A DNA stretch of 64,000 nucleotides from assembly GCA_016748015.1 (NCBI GenBank), contig JAAOMT010000697.1:1177163-1241162 (forward strand), read 5' to 3'. The notes beneath the pieces are model-generated. The model was not told the origin of the DNA, did no database searches, and saw nothing but the letters and a program-made list of their open reading frames with translations. Source of the stretch: Geosiphon pyriformis uo1. Lineage: Eukaryota > Fungi > Glomeromycota. The position numbers and the translations under genes were made by a program. Shown one piece after another: positions 26,930 through 40,000 of the stretch. Positions within the stretch are counted from its first letter, which is position 1, and every line of letters starts with the position of its first letter.

Positions 26930-27627
26930 ATAAATGCACCATTCCCAAAACAGAGGTATCTTCAATCGACATAAACAATTATTTTCTGGATCAAAACATT
27001 CAAAATGCTTTCTATACTCTTTATGAGTATTAGATCAAAAACTATCCAAATGCTATTTTGACCATTGGAAAACAAACTATCATAACTGATAACAGTGGAA
27101 CACATACTGTTATTAAACCAAAGAAAACAACTACCAGAAGAGAAAAAATTGGTAGTAAAATAGATAAGTATCTGTTGGAAAGCATAACAGCAGTGATACT
27201 TGTACTTTCTAACACAATTGGAAAAACCATCAAAGAAATCTTGCCCATAGACAAAAACTTGTCATATGGAAAACAACTAGAGCTCTATGGTCACCTTGAT
27301 AAAATCATAGAGGATATGAAACTTATGAAGAAAACAACTTCAAAGATACAGGCAGAAATTTTGAACATTATATGATTAGATGTCTTAAGAGTTTTAACTA
27401 TTGCTAAAAGAGCCAAAACTCTAATACAAAGATTTGGTCTCTTGGATACAAAACTCATTTCACTTCAAGTATTATATACTTTATCTACAAAAAACTTCAA
27501 CAAACTAGTTAGCTTTGAGTTAGATAAAACTCTTCAAATAGATTTCCCCATGAATAGCTTGATTTTGCTAGAGCTCAATTTCTTTGGAGAGGATGATATT
27601 ACAGTTGAAACTTATACTTCTTATTGA
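26926..27627 (+). pseudogene. Extra ORF (~230 codons, unknown function) between the integrase and the 3' LTR
   Basis: Track ORFs 27058-27375 and 27442-27627 are in one frame that extends back to 26926 with only two stops (TAG ~27030, TGA 27373-27375). It reads through the PPT into the LTR. Confidence 0.7.
27586..27596 (+). promoter_or_regulatory. Polypurine tract GGAGAGGATGA
   Basis: Purine-rich run immediately before the 3' LTR, preceded by a T-rich tract. Confidence 0.8.
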
Positions 27628-28277
27628 TTATCACATGTATTAGCCACTGATGTTACATAAATTAGCCACCCTATTTTTAGAAAATAATCATTGACCTGAT
27701 CAATGATCTGACTGTTAACCTGATCATTAACCTGATCATTGACCACTTTTAATAGCTATATAAGTGATGAATCTTTCAGCTGTAGAAAGACATGATCTAT
27801 TGAACAGAAATAAATAAATAAAATATCAACTTTTATCTCAATCACTCTCTTATCACTAAATTTCCTTTTCCTTACTTTCAAATATCTGAACATCTTAAAA
27901 ATAAAAAATTACTTGTTGGCATTTACCTACCCTTTTTCCTGAAACGTGTAATTGCAACATTTAAAAATTATTGAATAAAACATGACTGAAGAGCACATCT
28001 GATACCTAATATTGAATTCTAAGAGTGCCAACATGAGGCATAGAATTATACCAGGCATAATTATTTGTTGACAGTATGGACTATCCCTCTACCTTCAGAT
28101 TCCTGGTTATCCTTTGAAAAGAATAGCAACTGAGATATTTTATGAGACTGATCTTGCACATTGAATCTATATTTATTTAATTCGCTCTTTGAAGTTGAAT
28201 TTTCTTTGATTAATTCCATCACCCTACAATCCTGTTCTCCCTTGCTATCCATTAGCTTATTACTCCAACCTGTAACA
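27597..28277 (+). repeat. 3' LTR (681 bp)
   Basis: Direct repeat of 20572-21264, shorter by one 12-bp unit; ends TGTAACA. Confidence 0.95.
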
Positions 28278-28598
28278 CTAGCATTGTGTGCAAACTCAGC
28301 AATGTGAAGTTGGTGCTGCAAGCTTTAGCTCCCCTTCTAAAGTCTCAGCTACTTTGATTGCTGCCAAGGATTTGGTTTTGGATATGGTCATAGATGATTC
28401 TAAGTTGGTATTTTCACCCCCCTCTTTTACTTCTCCTAGTGTCTCAACATTGGGTCTGAGTAGTTCAAAAGTCTTGACAACCAAGGTTGGCAGTTTGGAA
28501 TCTAAGTTGGTGGCTCTTAAGATTTCTGTTAATTCAGTTTTGGCAAAGTTAGATCATTTGGGTGCTGGTTTGGGTTTTTTGTTATTCTTTTCATCTTA

Positions 28599-31500
28599 AT
28601 GAGTGGTTTGATTTAGAAGATAGCTACATGTAATGTTTGGGGCATCAATGTTTCTGCCAAGCAGGAAGATGTTATTTGTTGGCATAAGAATATAGGCAAC
28701 TTGATTTCAATCTTTACTGAGATTTAAATTGAAGAATAAAGTCTGTTCATGGATTGCTGGCAAATTTGAAAGTGTCCATGTGTTCACTTCTGGTTTGGAT
28801 TTTGGGTATTTGGGTGCTAGTATTGTGGTTGTTATGGACTCTTCTTTGGCAAAACATGTGTACAAGGTTTCTGAAGTGCCCAGTTGGCTTCTATCTATTA
28901 GATTGCTTTTCAAAAATAAACTTTCTGTGTCTGTCTTGGGGCTGTATGCTGGTGCTTTGTTTGTGGCTTGGTTTTCACAGGCTGGGGAAATCAACTCTCT
29001 TATTGTAAAAGCTGTTAACAGATCTTATTTTGTTATTTTTGGTGGTGACTTTAATGAAGACAGTTTGAGAAGAAGTGCTAGTTTTAAGAAGTGTGTCAAT
29101 TTGGGACTGGTCAATTTTTTGGTGTGTAGTTTGGTCATGAAGAGTCTCACATAGAGAAATTCAAAGAGTGTAGAAAAAACAATTAATTTTGTATTAGTTT
29201 TGTCAAATTTGGTCAGTGTGATAGTTAATCACAATATTATGGATGTTAGTGATTACTTTGACACTAATCATTAAGCTGTTTCTGTGTTTGTAAGTCTGGG
29301 CAGTTTGCTGAACACTTAATTAAACTTTTTTCACAGGCAAGCAAACAAAGATTGCTGAAAGTTTAATTTTAAAGGTGCTGACAATGCAAAGTAGGATGAG
29401 TTTAAAGAAGCTACAACAGCCAATGCTGCCATGTTTTCTGATGGTTTTATTACTTCCACACAATTCTTGGACTTGAATATGATATGGAACACAATTTGTA
29501 AAATTATGACACTGTTAACTAATGAAATATTCAGGAAAAAATGGTTTAAGAGTTATGATGGTGTTTTTATTAAGGAATCTTCTAAGTTTCATAAGCTGGA
29601 GCTTTTGGTCTTGAAGATTGCTAAGGCCTCTCATAAGGAAAATGTTAATAGGTTTGCTTTTCTTATGAAATACTGGGATTCTTTGGACAATGTTAAGGCT
29701 TTAATTGTGCAGAAAATTGTGAACTCTGATGCAGTTTTTGTTTATGTGTGCTTAGCTCTTTTTAGTATACAAAAGACATATTGTGTCTCCAAGCTTGCTG
29801 AGTCTTTGTGAGCTGAAGAGTTGAGAATAAAATCAGCTGTTAATAGTCAAATAGAGAATTTTACAATCAACAAAGGTAGCACAATCAAGAGCATACTGGA
29901 ATGCTCTTTTCAGAAAGTAGTTTTAGACTATCTGGTAGTTGAGAATGAACTGATTCTGGAACCAGACTTAGTTAAGGCCAAAATTGACACAATTATGGAA
30001 GGCTAGACCAGAAAGCATAATATAATGAAAGATTTTTCTAATGATTGGTCGCATCAATATCAGCATTTGGAGTACATTTTTGATGATGCTTTTTCAAATG
30101 TAATGTGTTCAATTAATTTTGATGAGCTACTTGGAGTGGTTTTTAATCTGCTTGATGGCAAAGCTGCTGGTCTTTCTGAAGTGTCAAACGAGCTATAGAA
30201 GCATTGTGACAAATCAGTCTTGAATATGCTTTTGGTGTTTTTAAACTCCTGTTTGTTTTGTGAATCAGTGCCCAGTGCTTGGAAAAAAGCTTGTGTCTCA
30301 ATGATTCTTAAACCATATGATTGGAAGAGAGTTCTTATGAATATCTAACTTATTGCTTTAATTGAAACTGCCTGCAAAATCCTTTCCAAGATTCTTTTGG
30401 ACAGAATTTTTTTGGCATGCAGCTCTTTTGATGTTTTACATGAGAACAATTTTTCAGTTCTTAAGAGTACAACAACACAATCTTCTATCTTCGCAATTAG
30501 TTCTGTTATAGAAGATGCTTTGAAAAAGAGCTATGAACTCTGGTTGGTCTTGCAAGACATGCAAAAGGCTTATGACTCTGTTAGATGGAAGCATCTTAGG
30601 AACAGTTTGGTCAGAATTAAGATGTGCAACAAGTTTATTAGATTTTTTGGTGGCATTCACAATGGTTATGTTAATAAAGTAATGACAGATTTTGGATTGA
30701 CAGATGGATATCAAGTATACGATGGTTTGGATCAGAGAAAAGTGTTCTCACTGCTTTTTTGGCATATATTTTATGATCCTCTTTTGTGTGAAGTCAAAAG
30801 ACAGAAAAGCATATATGGATATAGGATAAACTCTTATTTTGTTGCCAGAACTGGTTGTCTGAAATTTCAGGCTGGATTGACGTCTTTTCTTACTGCTAGT
30901 GTTTTTTTTGATAACACAATCTGGATTGATAGTAGCCAAACTACAACCCAACACATTCTTGATGTTGCTAGTGAATTTTTTCGAATCAATAACATTTCTA
31001 TTAACAATAAAAAAACAGTGGTAATTCTTATTAATTGCAAAGTGACATGTCCTAATTTGTCTATCAGTAGTTCATCTATTTCTATTGCCAAAAAAAGAGA
31101 GCCTCATCACTACTTGGAAATTTTTTTGTCAACTAAAGGTTTATCAAGGCTTAGTCTGGCTAAGGCAAATGCTAATGTCAGATTTTTTGCTAATCTGATT
31201 TTAAGAAAGGCCATTTCTGATAAGCAGTTTTCATATCTTATGTTAGCAGTTCTCCATCCCATTGTCAACTACAGAATGCAGTTCAGTTTTGTTCCTATCA
31301 GTATGTGTAATAAGTAGAATTCTTTGATTTGCAGGGGCTTAAAGCTGAAGTTTAGTTTATCTCTCAATTTTTCCAATGATATACTTTGTTATCTCTCATT
31401 TTATGACTTAAAAACTTTTGAGCAAGTCCAAGCTAAAAGCAAAGTTGCTTCTATTGTGTGCTTTGCAAACTCTGTTGGAATTTTGGGTTATTTGTTTTTA

Positions 31501-33288
31501 CACAGGTTTCATGACCTGTAGGTTCTGTTTTGGAGTTCACTCTACTTTTTGGTATCCCCAGTTCGTATTAAAATCAGTGTTTCTAATAATTTTTTGGCAG
31601 GTATAGTTTATATTTTTTTTGGGTGTGGTCTGTCTCTGAATGGTCAAATTAACAATTCTTTCTATTTTCATGGTGGTACTCCCATGTTATCTGTTCTTGG
31701 CAGGTCTGATTACTTTGGATTTTTTCTATTCCTTTGAAAATATGGTATTGCTTTTGTTGAATAGCTTTGCTGTAAGAATGAAGCTGTTTTTGATAAGAAA
31801 ACATTCAAGTATTAGAAAAAACTAGACCCACATGGCCCTGTTCCTAAATGGTTTAAGCTTTCTATTGACTTTCTTGATAATGTAGCTTTTTCTCCTGCCC
31901 ATTTTTTGCCTGTAGTTAGTACTGAGCATTTTGATATTTTGGAATCTAGTGAATTTGGACTGATTTATAATTGGTTGCTGAATCTTGAGACTGACAGTCT
32001 TTCCATTTATATGAATGGATCTTTGAAGGAATTGGGGAGTGTTAACATGAGAACTGGTACTGTGGTTTTTTTTGAAAATATAAGCTTGGATTTAGGGGTC
32101 AGAGTTTCTGGTTTGATGTTTTCTACTTTGGCTGAATTGTAGGTCATCATGTTGGCTTTTGAGTATGTCCTTTTTAATAAGTCAGTTGGTGTTTATTTGG
32201 ACAGTTAAGCTGCCTTAGATGCTTGTAAGTCAGAATTAGGTATAATTTATCCGGATTTTAGGAATTGCTGTTGGGTTGAGCATTGGCACATTGTGAATAT
32301 TATTAAAAAAAAGGATTTGAGTGTTAGCTGGCATAAGATACAGGGCCATTTGAGTGTTATGGGCAACAAACATGCTGATGTGCTTGCTGATATAACATCT
32401 CTTTTTCCCTGGTGTTTTGTTCCACATGTGAAAAAACATTATATTTTAGCTGATGGGAATGTTGTTTCTGATAATTCTAGACATTTTGTTTGTGAGGTCT
32501 TTTAGTCTATTCATTGTGCATGCTGGAAGGTCGGTTTGGGTTCTAAAGTTTTGGATTGCAGTTTGCATTTAGACATTGATTGGTTTAGCTTGTCATTGGT
32601 ATGGCATCTAGACTTATACATGGCTGCTGGTTTCACTAGTAAATCCATGGCTGGTATTCACACATATTTCATGAAAGCCCTATACCATTGGCTGCTGGTT
32701 GCTGTTTGGAAGCAATTGTATAACAGATGCTATTCTAGTATGCTGTGTTTGTATTGTGGTAAGGTTAAGGTTTTTGACCATGCCTTTTCTTGCATGGTAA
32801 ATGATTCTGCTCATTGTTACTTGTTGGATGCTTATGCTGCTGCTTGGAGTCTTTTTTCTAGTCTTCCCACCTTTTCTTTAAGTGTTTTTCAATTTTTATT
32901 TTTCTGTGCTTCAAATGTCATAGTTTGTATGGCTCTTTACAAGGACTTTGTTTTTAAGAATTGGCTTCAGGAAGCTGTGTCTGTCTTTGGAAGTGCCAAA
33001 ATAGCTGGTCAAAAGGTTGTAGAATTTGTGTATAACTTGTGTTTTGTCTTTAAAGACGAGATTTGGTTGGTCTATGCTAAATACCATGCCTGCATAGAAA
33101 AGAGTGGAATGATACCTAGTGACAGTTTGGCTTTAGTTTCAGTTTCAGGGCTGTCTGCATTGCTTTTTGTAGGTGTTGTTAAGTTGCTGGGTATTGCTAA
33201 GGCAATTGGTATTGGTTTTGGTTTTCATAAGTCTTGTTTGTTTTTCTCAAGTATTGGAAACTCAGTCTCAGTACATATAGGTGTTTAA
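28599..33288 (+). pseudogene. LINE-A ORF2: AP endonuclease, RT, RNase H, C-terminal Cys/His finger
   Basis: APE: ATCNVWGIN, GLYAG, GGDFNE, FDTNH. RT: ALIETACKI, QDMQKAYDSV, GLDQRKVFS, FFDNT (FVDD decayed). RH: YMNGS, STLAEL, WHKIQGHLSVMGNKHAD. Finger: CLYCGKVKVFDHAFSC. Confidence 0.93.
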
Positions 33289-33939
33289 TGTAGTCCTGAT
33301 TAGCCCAAGTGGTTAGTTGCGTATAGAAAATACATGATTCATGCCTAGTTTAGATCAGTTAATTAATGTATTGTATTAAGTAGTGTTTGGACCTTACTCA
33401 TGAAATATAATAAAAAAAAAAACTTTTAAGTATTTCAATAAATTTTAAATATTATATAGTTCGAAATATTATATAATCTAATCATAAAAATTTGGTTATA
33501 TTTGTTATTTGTTCAAATTGAATTATTAATTAAATAATAATTTAGTAATTTAATAAAATAATAAGTAATAAATTAAAACAAATATATATACTAATTAATA
33601 ATATAAATTATAAAAATATTTTATGCTATTTAATAATTTAAATTTTTGTAGTAATATAATTTCTTTTTTAAACTAAGTTTTATTAAAGTCCAAGTATTTT
33701 TTGTTATTTTCAAATAGTAATCCAAAATTATTAAAAAAATTTGATCTGAAAATTGTTAAAATATTAGTTCTATAAGCTTTTTAATATATTAAATCTTTAA
33801 AAATCAAAAAATCAGATTTTGTAAAATATTATTACAAGTATAAAATATATTATAGAGTTTAAAAACTGCTGTTATCCAAGTAAAAAAAAATCAAAAACTT
33901 ATTAAAAAAGACATAAAAACTATATAATAATATAAAAAA

Positions 33940-34045
33940 AACATAATAATATGAAATATTACAAAATAATACAGAATAACATAAAATAACATAGAATAAT
34001 ACAAGACAATACACTATAATACAAAATAATACAGAATAATTAGTT
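33940..34045. repeat. Degenerate 10-bp minisatellite (acagaataat-like)
   Basis: acaaaataat acagaataac ataaaataac atagaataat acaagacaat acactataat acaaaataat acagaataat. Confidence 0.75.
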
Positions 34046-37000
34046 ATAATATAAAAAAAACAAAGCAATAATTAAAATAGTAAGTAATAACTAGTAATAA
34101 CAAACAATTAAAAACAATTTTATAAAACTAGAAAATATATATATATAAAAATAATATTAACAAATAAAAAAAATAATCAAACAAAAATCAGCTTAATATT
34201 TTTATATTATTCTTTATTTCAAAAAAAATTTTCTTTTTTTTTCTCTTATATTTTAAATTTACCAAATAAAATATTATTATTTAATTTACAAGTCTATAAT
34301 CTTAATATTTTAATTGTCAAAATTAGATTAATTGTTTTTGCTTATCTTTGTTTCAAGCCAAATGATATTAATATAAATGCTTTAAAACTTTAATAACTAA
34401 CCAAATTACTTTTAATTATAGCAATTAATAAATATTAATTTTTTTTTTACTTTTTTGTTATTTTTTTTCTGTATTTTTTTTTTTTTAAAGTAACAACATT
34501 AGAGATTGACTGTTTAAGAATAAACTTTGTAATAACTTGCTAAAAAAAAGCTTTTTTTAGGTTTAAATATTAATTTTATTTTGTTAGTTTATTAAAAAAA
34601 CAAAAAAACAATATTAGATCTTAGTAACTGCGCTTATTAACTCGAAAAAAACATAACTATAACACTATATTTAAAGAAACCATATTTTTGTGTTTTATAA
34701 CAAAAAATTTAATGAATAAAATTCCAAACAAAAATTTTTCAAAAAATAATAATTAATTTAATCAACAAAACCAATTTATCTATATTTAACTGACTTTTAT
34801 TATCAAATTATAAATACCAAATCTTACCAAATTTATTTATAATATTTAGTGTTTTCAGTGAAATTATAAAATTTAAAGACAAAATATTCAAAAAACTTAC
34901 AAAGTAGTAACTATTAGAACAGTTAAAAAAAATTTTTGTTTTTTAGAAAAGCATTATATTAATATTTTTGAAAAAATTTAGAAATTTCAGAAAAAATATT
35001 TGTAACTAAAAGTAATTTTTGTATTATAATATGTCAAGATTAATTTTTATCTAAGCAAAACAATAAATATTAAAAACTCAAAAAACAGATTCATTAAAAT
35101 TTACTATTATATTTAATTTTAATTACCAAAAAAGCAGTTACAGAAATTTTTTTTTTTATTAACAAAAAATTAAATTATATACACAAAATTATTACTTATA
35201 GCTTAAAAAAAACTACAATATTAAAACTCTTAAAAAATTCAAATTAAATACAGAAAATAAAATCAAACAACAATTTAAACAAAAAATTACAATTTACTGT
35301 TAGCAAAAAATTAAGATTTTTATTATCTATAATATTATTATATTCTTAGATTATAAAAAATAATATACTACTTAATTAGTTTATTAAATTTCTTAAAACT
35401 CTAAAAACTTCTAAAAAATTTTATTCTTAAGATTTTAACAGAAATTTTTAAACTAAATTATTAAAAAAATACAGAATATTATTTATAAATCTTATTTTAA
35501 CAATAAATACTGCTTTTTAAAATACTATTACTTAAAAATAATAGTTATTATAATTACTAACCAAATTAATAATCATTTTTTTCAGAAAAATATTATTGTT
35601 TTAATTATTTATAGTCATAAACAAAACAAAACAATTAATATTAAGTTCAACAAAAAAACCCAATCTATTTCTATTATATTTAATATTATTATTTTTTATT
35701 ATATAAATTTGATAATAAGTATATTATTAATAAAACATATATTTTAATAATTAAAAATTTTAAAACTGTTAATAAGTTTATTAATATTGTTAAAATTAAA
35801 GTTTCAATACTAATTTAATAAAATTTATAATAATATAGTTTAATACAATAATTTTTAAATTAAATAATTAATATTTAAAATTATTAAGAAATTTACAATT
35901 AAGTTTTTTAAGTTATTTTAATTTAAATATTTTTTTTGTTATTTTTGTTATTAATTAGTTGTTTTTAAAAAAAAATTAATTATAATAAAAATAAAATACT
36001 TTTATTTATTTTAACAAAATAAAATTTAATTGCTATTTAGTATAATATAATATTTAAATAATATAATTTATATACTTTTTATATATAATTAATTATTTAA
36101 GTTAAAAAATTAATTAAGCTAAATTAAAAAATTTTAAAAAGAAACTCAACTTATATAATTTAATATTATTATTATTTATATTTTCATTATTAAAAAATAA
36201 ATTTATTTAAAAATAATTTAGTTTTTTTAATATTATATTAATATTAGATTTATTTATTACAAAATTATTAAATAATTAATAATTTTATCATTCAAAAAAA
36301 AATTTTAAAAATATTAATATTAATATTATTATGTTATTAAATTTATCTTATTTTTAAGATTATTAAAGTTTTTAAATAAATTAGCCAAAAAACCAACAAA
36401 ATATTTAGTAGTATATTTTATAATAATTAAATTTTTTTATCTTAAAATTTTTGTACATATTTTTAATCAAAAAAAATAATTAAAGTAATTAAAAATTTAA
36501 TTAATTTAATAAAAAACTTAATTATACCAATTAAATTAAAAATTAAAAATTTCAAAAAATTTAGACTAAAATTAAATAAAAAATAAAAAATAAACTAGTT
36601 AAAAATATAATAATAAAAAAAGCCAAAAAAACAAAAGCTTTAACATATAATTTTATATAAACAAAAAATAAAACAAATTTTTAAATTATTAACAGACTTA
36701 AAAAAACTTAAGAAAAAAATTAGTAATATTTTATAATCTAAAAATAAAAATTTTTAATTTTAAGATTTGTAATAATAATAATATTTATATAAAATGCCAA
36801 TTTTTAAAACAGTTAAATTTAAAATTATTAAAAACATAAAAGTTATAACAACAAAATATTAATAATAATAAAAAATAAAAAATAAAACAATTATGATTAC
36901 TAACTTAAAAAATCAAATAACTAATTTTAAAAACAATATAACCAAAAAAAAATTAATTAACTTGAATTTAAAAATGTTTTTAAAATATTAATTTCTTTTT

Positions 37001-40000
37001 AAATAAGCAAAAAAAAATTAATACTGTTTTTTTATTAATATAAATTAATAAGTAATAGTAATAACAATAACAGAAAAAAATTTCTTAAAACAAATAATAA
37101 TATATTATTACAAACTAGAAAACTTTAACTTAATCAAAATAATAATATCAAAAACATTAAAAATATTTTTAATGTTATTAAAAAATATGTTAAAAAAAAT
37201 TATAAAATACAACAAAAAAAACAAAAGCCACTATAAAAGATTTTATAATTTTAAATATAATTAAAAAAATAAAATTATCAATAAAAATTTTAATAATAAT
37301 AATTAAAATACATTAAAAACAAAATTTATACAAAACAACTTAATATTGTTTTTTAAACCTAATTTTTATTTAATAAAACCAAACAATAAATTAAACAAAA
37401 AATTAACTAAGACCAATTTAATCTTAAAAATAATATTAAACACTAAAAATTGTTTTCTAAGTATTATTAAAAATAGTATCAAAAATCAAAAAATCAAAAA
37501 TAAAATATTTATAAAATTAAAATGTTTTTTATAATTTAAAACTTATTGTTTTTATTAAAGTATATTTTTTATAAAAATACATTAATTTATAAATCTTATT
37601 AAAAATTATTTAATTATATATTTTATATTTTTATTATGTTTTTATATATTAGCTACTATTAATTTATAATATTGTTTAAATATATTATTTTAATAATAAT
37701 AATTTAAATTTATAACTTAAAATAGTAATTTTTATTTACAATAAAATAAATTTAATAAAAAAATAAAAATAGTTTTTAAGTTTTTGTCTATTTAATTACA
37801 AGATATTTTTTTATTAATATTATTTATAATTATTTTTATTTTTTAGTATATTTCAAATTTTTGTTATTATATTATTTATAATATTAATATTTAATTAATA
37901 ATTTCTTTTTTTTTTATTCCAAATTTTCAAAAGAGTCAAATTTTTGAAAAAAGATTTTTTCTGTTTTTTTGTTATATATTTCATTATTTTTCAAAAAATA
38001 AATTTGTTATTAAACTAACTATTATTATAAGTAGTTTTATTGCTAAAAAAAACCAATTAGAATTATAATATTGAAATCTATTAATAAGAGCTTGGCTTAA
38101 AAACAGAAAATGTTTTTAGATAATATTAAACATTTTAATAATAAAACTAATATAAATTTTGATAGAACTAAGTAAATAATTAAACAATCTACTGAAATAA
38201 ATACAAATAAAAAGGTATTAATGGTTTTTTTACGAATATTAAGAGTGGTTTTAGAACTAGTAATAAAAATAAAAATCATTTTAATTCAAAATAAACACTT
38301 TAAAAGCCAAAAAATTTAATATTTGTGAAATAATTAAGTCTTCTATTAGTATTTTGGAATACACCTTGAATAATAATGAAGTTATGCTCTTTTCTCATCT
38401 TTTAGTGTTCTTAGATAAAAAGTAAATCAACTTTAAAATTATTAAAACTTAGGTAGAAGTAGCTATTAAGAAATTATTTATTTTGAACATTAATCTTTTA
38501 ACAGTAAAAAACAAATTAACAATAATAAAAATTCAAGTAATCAAAAAATTATTCTTATTAGTCAATAATTTTAAAGGAGTTATTACTTCTTTAAAATTTG
38601 AAAAAATAATTAAATTTACATTTATATTAGAGAAAAGCATAAAAAAAACCATATTATTAGCCAAAAAAAAACATTATAATAAATAATAATATTAAAAAAC
38701 AAAAATTCTGTTCAGATTAAACTGTATTAATCAAAAAATTCTTATAAATATACCAAAAAAATGATTGTTATTAGAGTAATTAAATATAATTAAATAGTAT
38801 TAATCTAGTTATAGTTAATTAAACTATAATAAAAAGCTATAATAAAATTTGCCAAATTAATTTAAGTCAATTAACTAATATTAAGATAAATATTTTTATT
38901 TAGAAAAAATTTAACATATATAGCCAAAACTATAGAAAATCACAATATTTAAATATTAAAAAATTAATTTAAGGTGCTTTTGTTTATTTTAATTATAAAA
39001 ATAGCTGCTTATAATTTAAATACTTTATTAAAAAAACTGGTAGAAAAACATATATAATTAATTATTTATTTATTTAAAACTGGCAATAGAATTTATTATG
39101 CTGTAATTGGTTTTGGATTAAAAAAAATTTTGAATCAATTTTTTACATAAAGCCAATTTTTAGTAATATAAAACTTTTTTGGACTAGGCTAAATATAATT
39201 TATTGTAAAAAATATGAATATTTTAAATATTTTGTTCTAAATTATAATATACTAAGTGTATCTATTTTTTATTTTTAAAAATATATAAGAATTTTGCTTC
39301 AAAAACAAATTGTTTTTAGTTGGCCAAGTTATATGCTAACAAAAATTTTTTATTTTACATTCTGCTGTTTTTGATGACAAATTATAGGTCCAGATGATTT
39401 TATTAGCTTCTGTTTTTAATAATGCTTGCTTTAATTTTGGTTTTGGTTTGTCTTTTTTTGGTATTTTATATTTTGATAGAATTTTTTTTACTCTATAAAA
39501 TAGTTTGTTTATTGATATTTTTTTGGTTTCTTTAGAACATTTTTTGAAACTTTTGGCTAATTAAGTGTTTAGTATTGTATAAAGACTAAGTAATACAAAT
39601 TTGGTGCTTTTAGTTTCTTCTTTTTAATTTTTTTTATCTGTTTTTGTGTTTTTAAATTCAAGTTTAAATTTGGATATTGTTTTAAATAACTTGTAAATAT
39701 AATTTTTTTTAGTAACAATAACAAAGAAAATTCAAATTTTAATTATTAAAGTAGACAGCTTAGAATTGAAGATAATTGCTTTTGAAATTTTTGTTATTTC
39801 AGTTTTAATAAGATTAAATTAATTATATTCTGGTTTAAATTTTCTAATATATTTTTTATTTTAATAATTAATTATGTTTGAAAGTTTGTAATATATAATA
39901 TTAAAAAAATAAATAATTTGGCTAAACAAAAAAATGTTATTAGATAGCATAGAAATTTCAGCAATTTGGTTTTTAAACTTATTAAGACAAAACTAAAAAA

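Larger units (their letters stand above)
20572..28277 (+). mobile_element. Full-length degenerate Ty3/Gypsy LTR retrotransposon (7.7 kb)
   Basis: Two LTRs, a 4-bp TSD (TTAG 20568-20571 / CTAG 28278-28281), PBS, PPT, and domain order gag-PR-RT-RH-IN. Confidence 0.97.
19025..28599 (+). pseudogene. LINE-A ORF1 (RRM-like plus CCHC gag-like protein), split into 19025-20571 and 28282-28599
   Basis: MEATASSTTSKKK... start; RRM-like AVSKFGEIKSIKIQLIGMWQKTVMEF; decayed knuckle YEKYEKFGHSVLEC. The frame is restored (QVSSIVCKLS) when the LTR element and one TSD copy are removed, matching LINE-C at ~43228. Confidence 0.85.
18901..33422 (+). mobile_element. LINE-A: full-length degenerate non-LTR retrotransposon (ORF1 plus APE-RT-RNaseH-zf ORF2), interrupted by the Gypsy element
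   Basis: The pyrimidine-rich 5' leader is shared with the copies at ~37905, ~49655 and ~62325. Poly(A) ends at 33422. Degraded TSD aaaaaaataaactttaa (~18882-18898) / aaaaaaaaaaacttttaa (~33412-33429). Confidence 0.9.
18130..33656. mobile_element. Non-autonomous ~1-kb TIR DNA element (MITE-like), copy 1, split by LINE-A into 18130-~18900 and ~33423-33656
   Basis: Colinear with 50652-51612 over its length (e.g. aataaaatagtcaattttatgc at ~18282 and ~50796; aaattacaagttatttttg/aaactacaagttattttta). Ends are tattattattaaaatttt ... aaatttttgtagtaata. No ORF. Confidence 0.7.

Noticed and set aside
26926-27627. Calling the extra Gypsy ORF env
   Set aside because: No signal peptide, furin site, fusion peptide or TM anchor is visible.
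33940-34045. Periodic repeat considered as a CRISPR-like array
   Set aside because: Contiguous 10-bp units without spacers, in a eukaryotic context.
34500-37900. A-skewed region that may be a fossil gag/pol
   Set aside because: Too eroded; only vague resemblance and no diagnostic motif.
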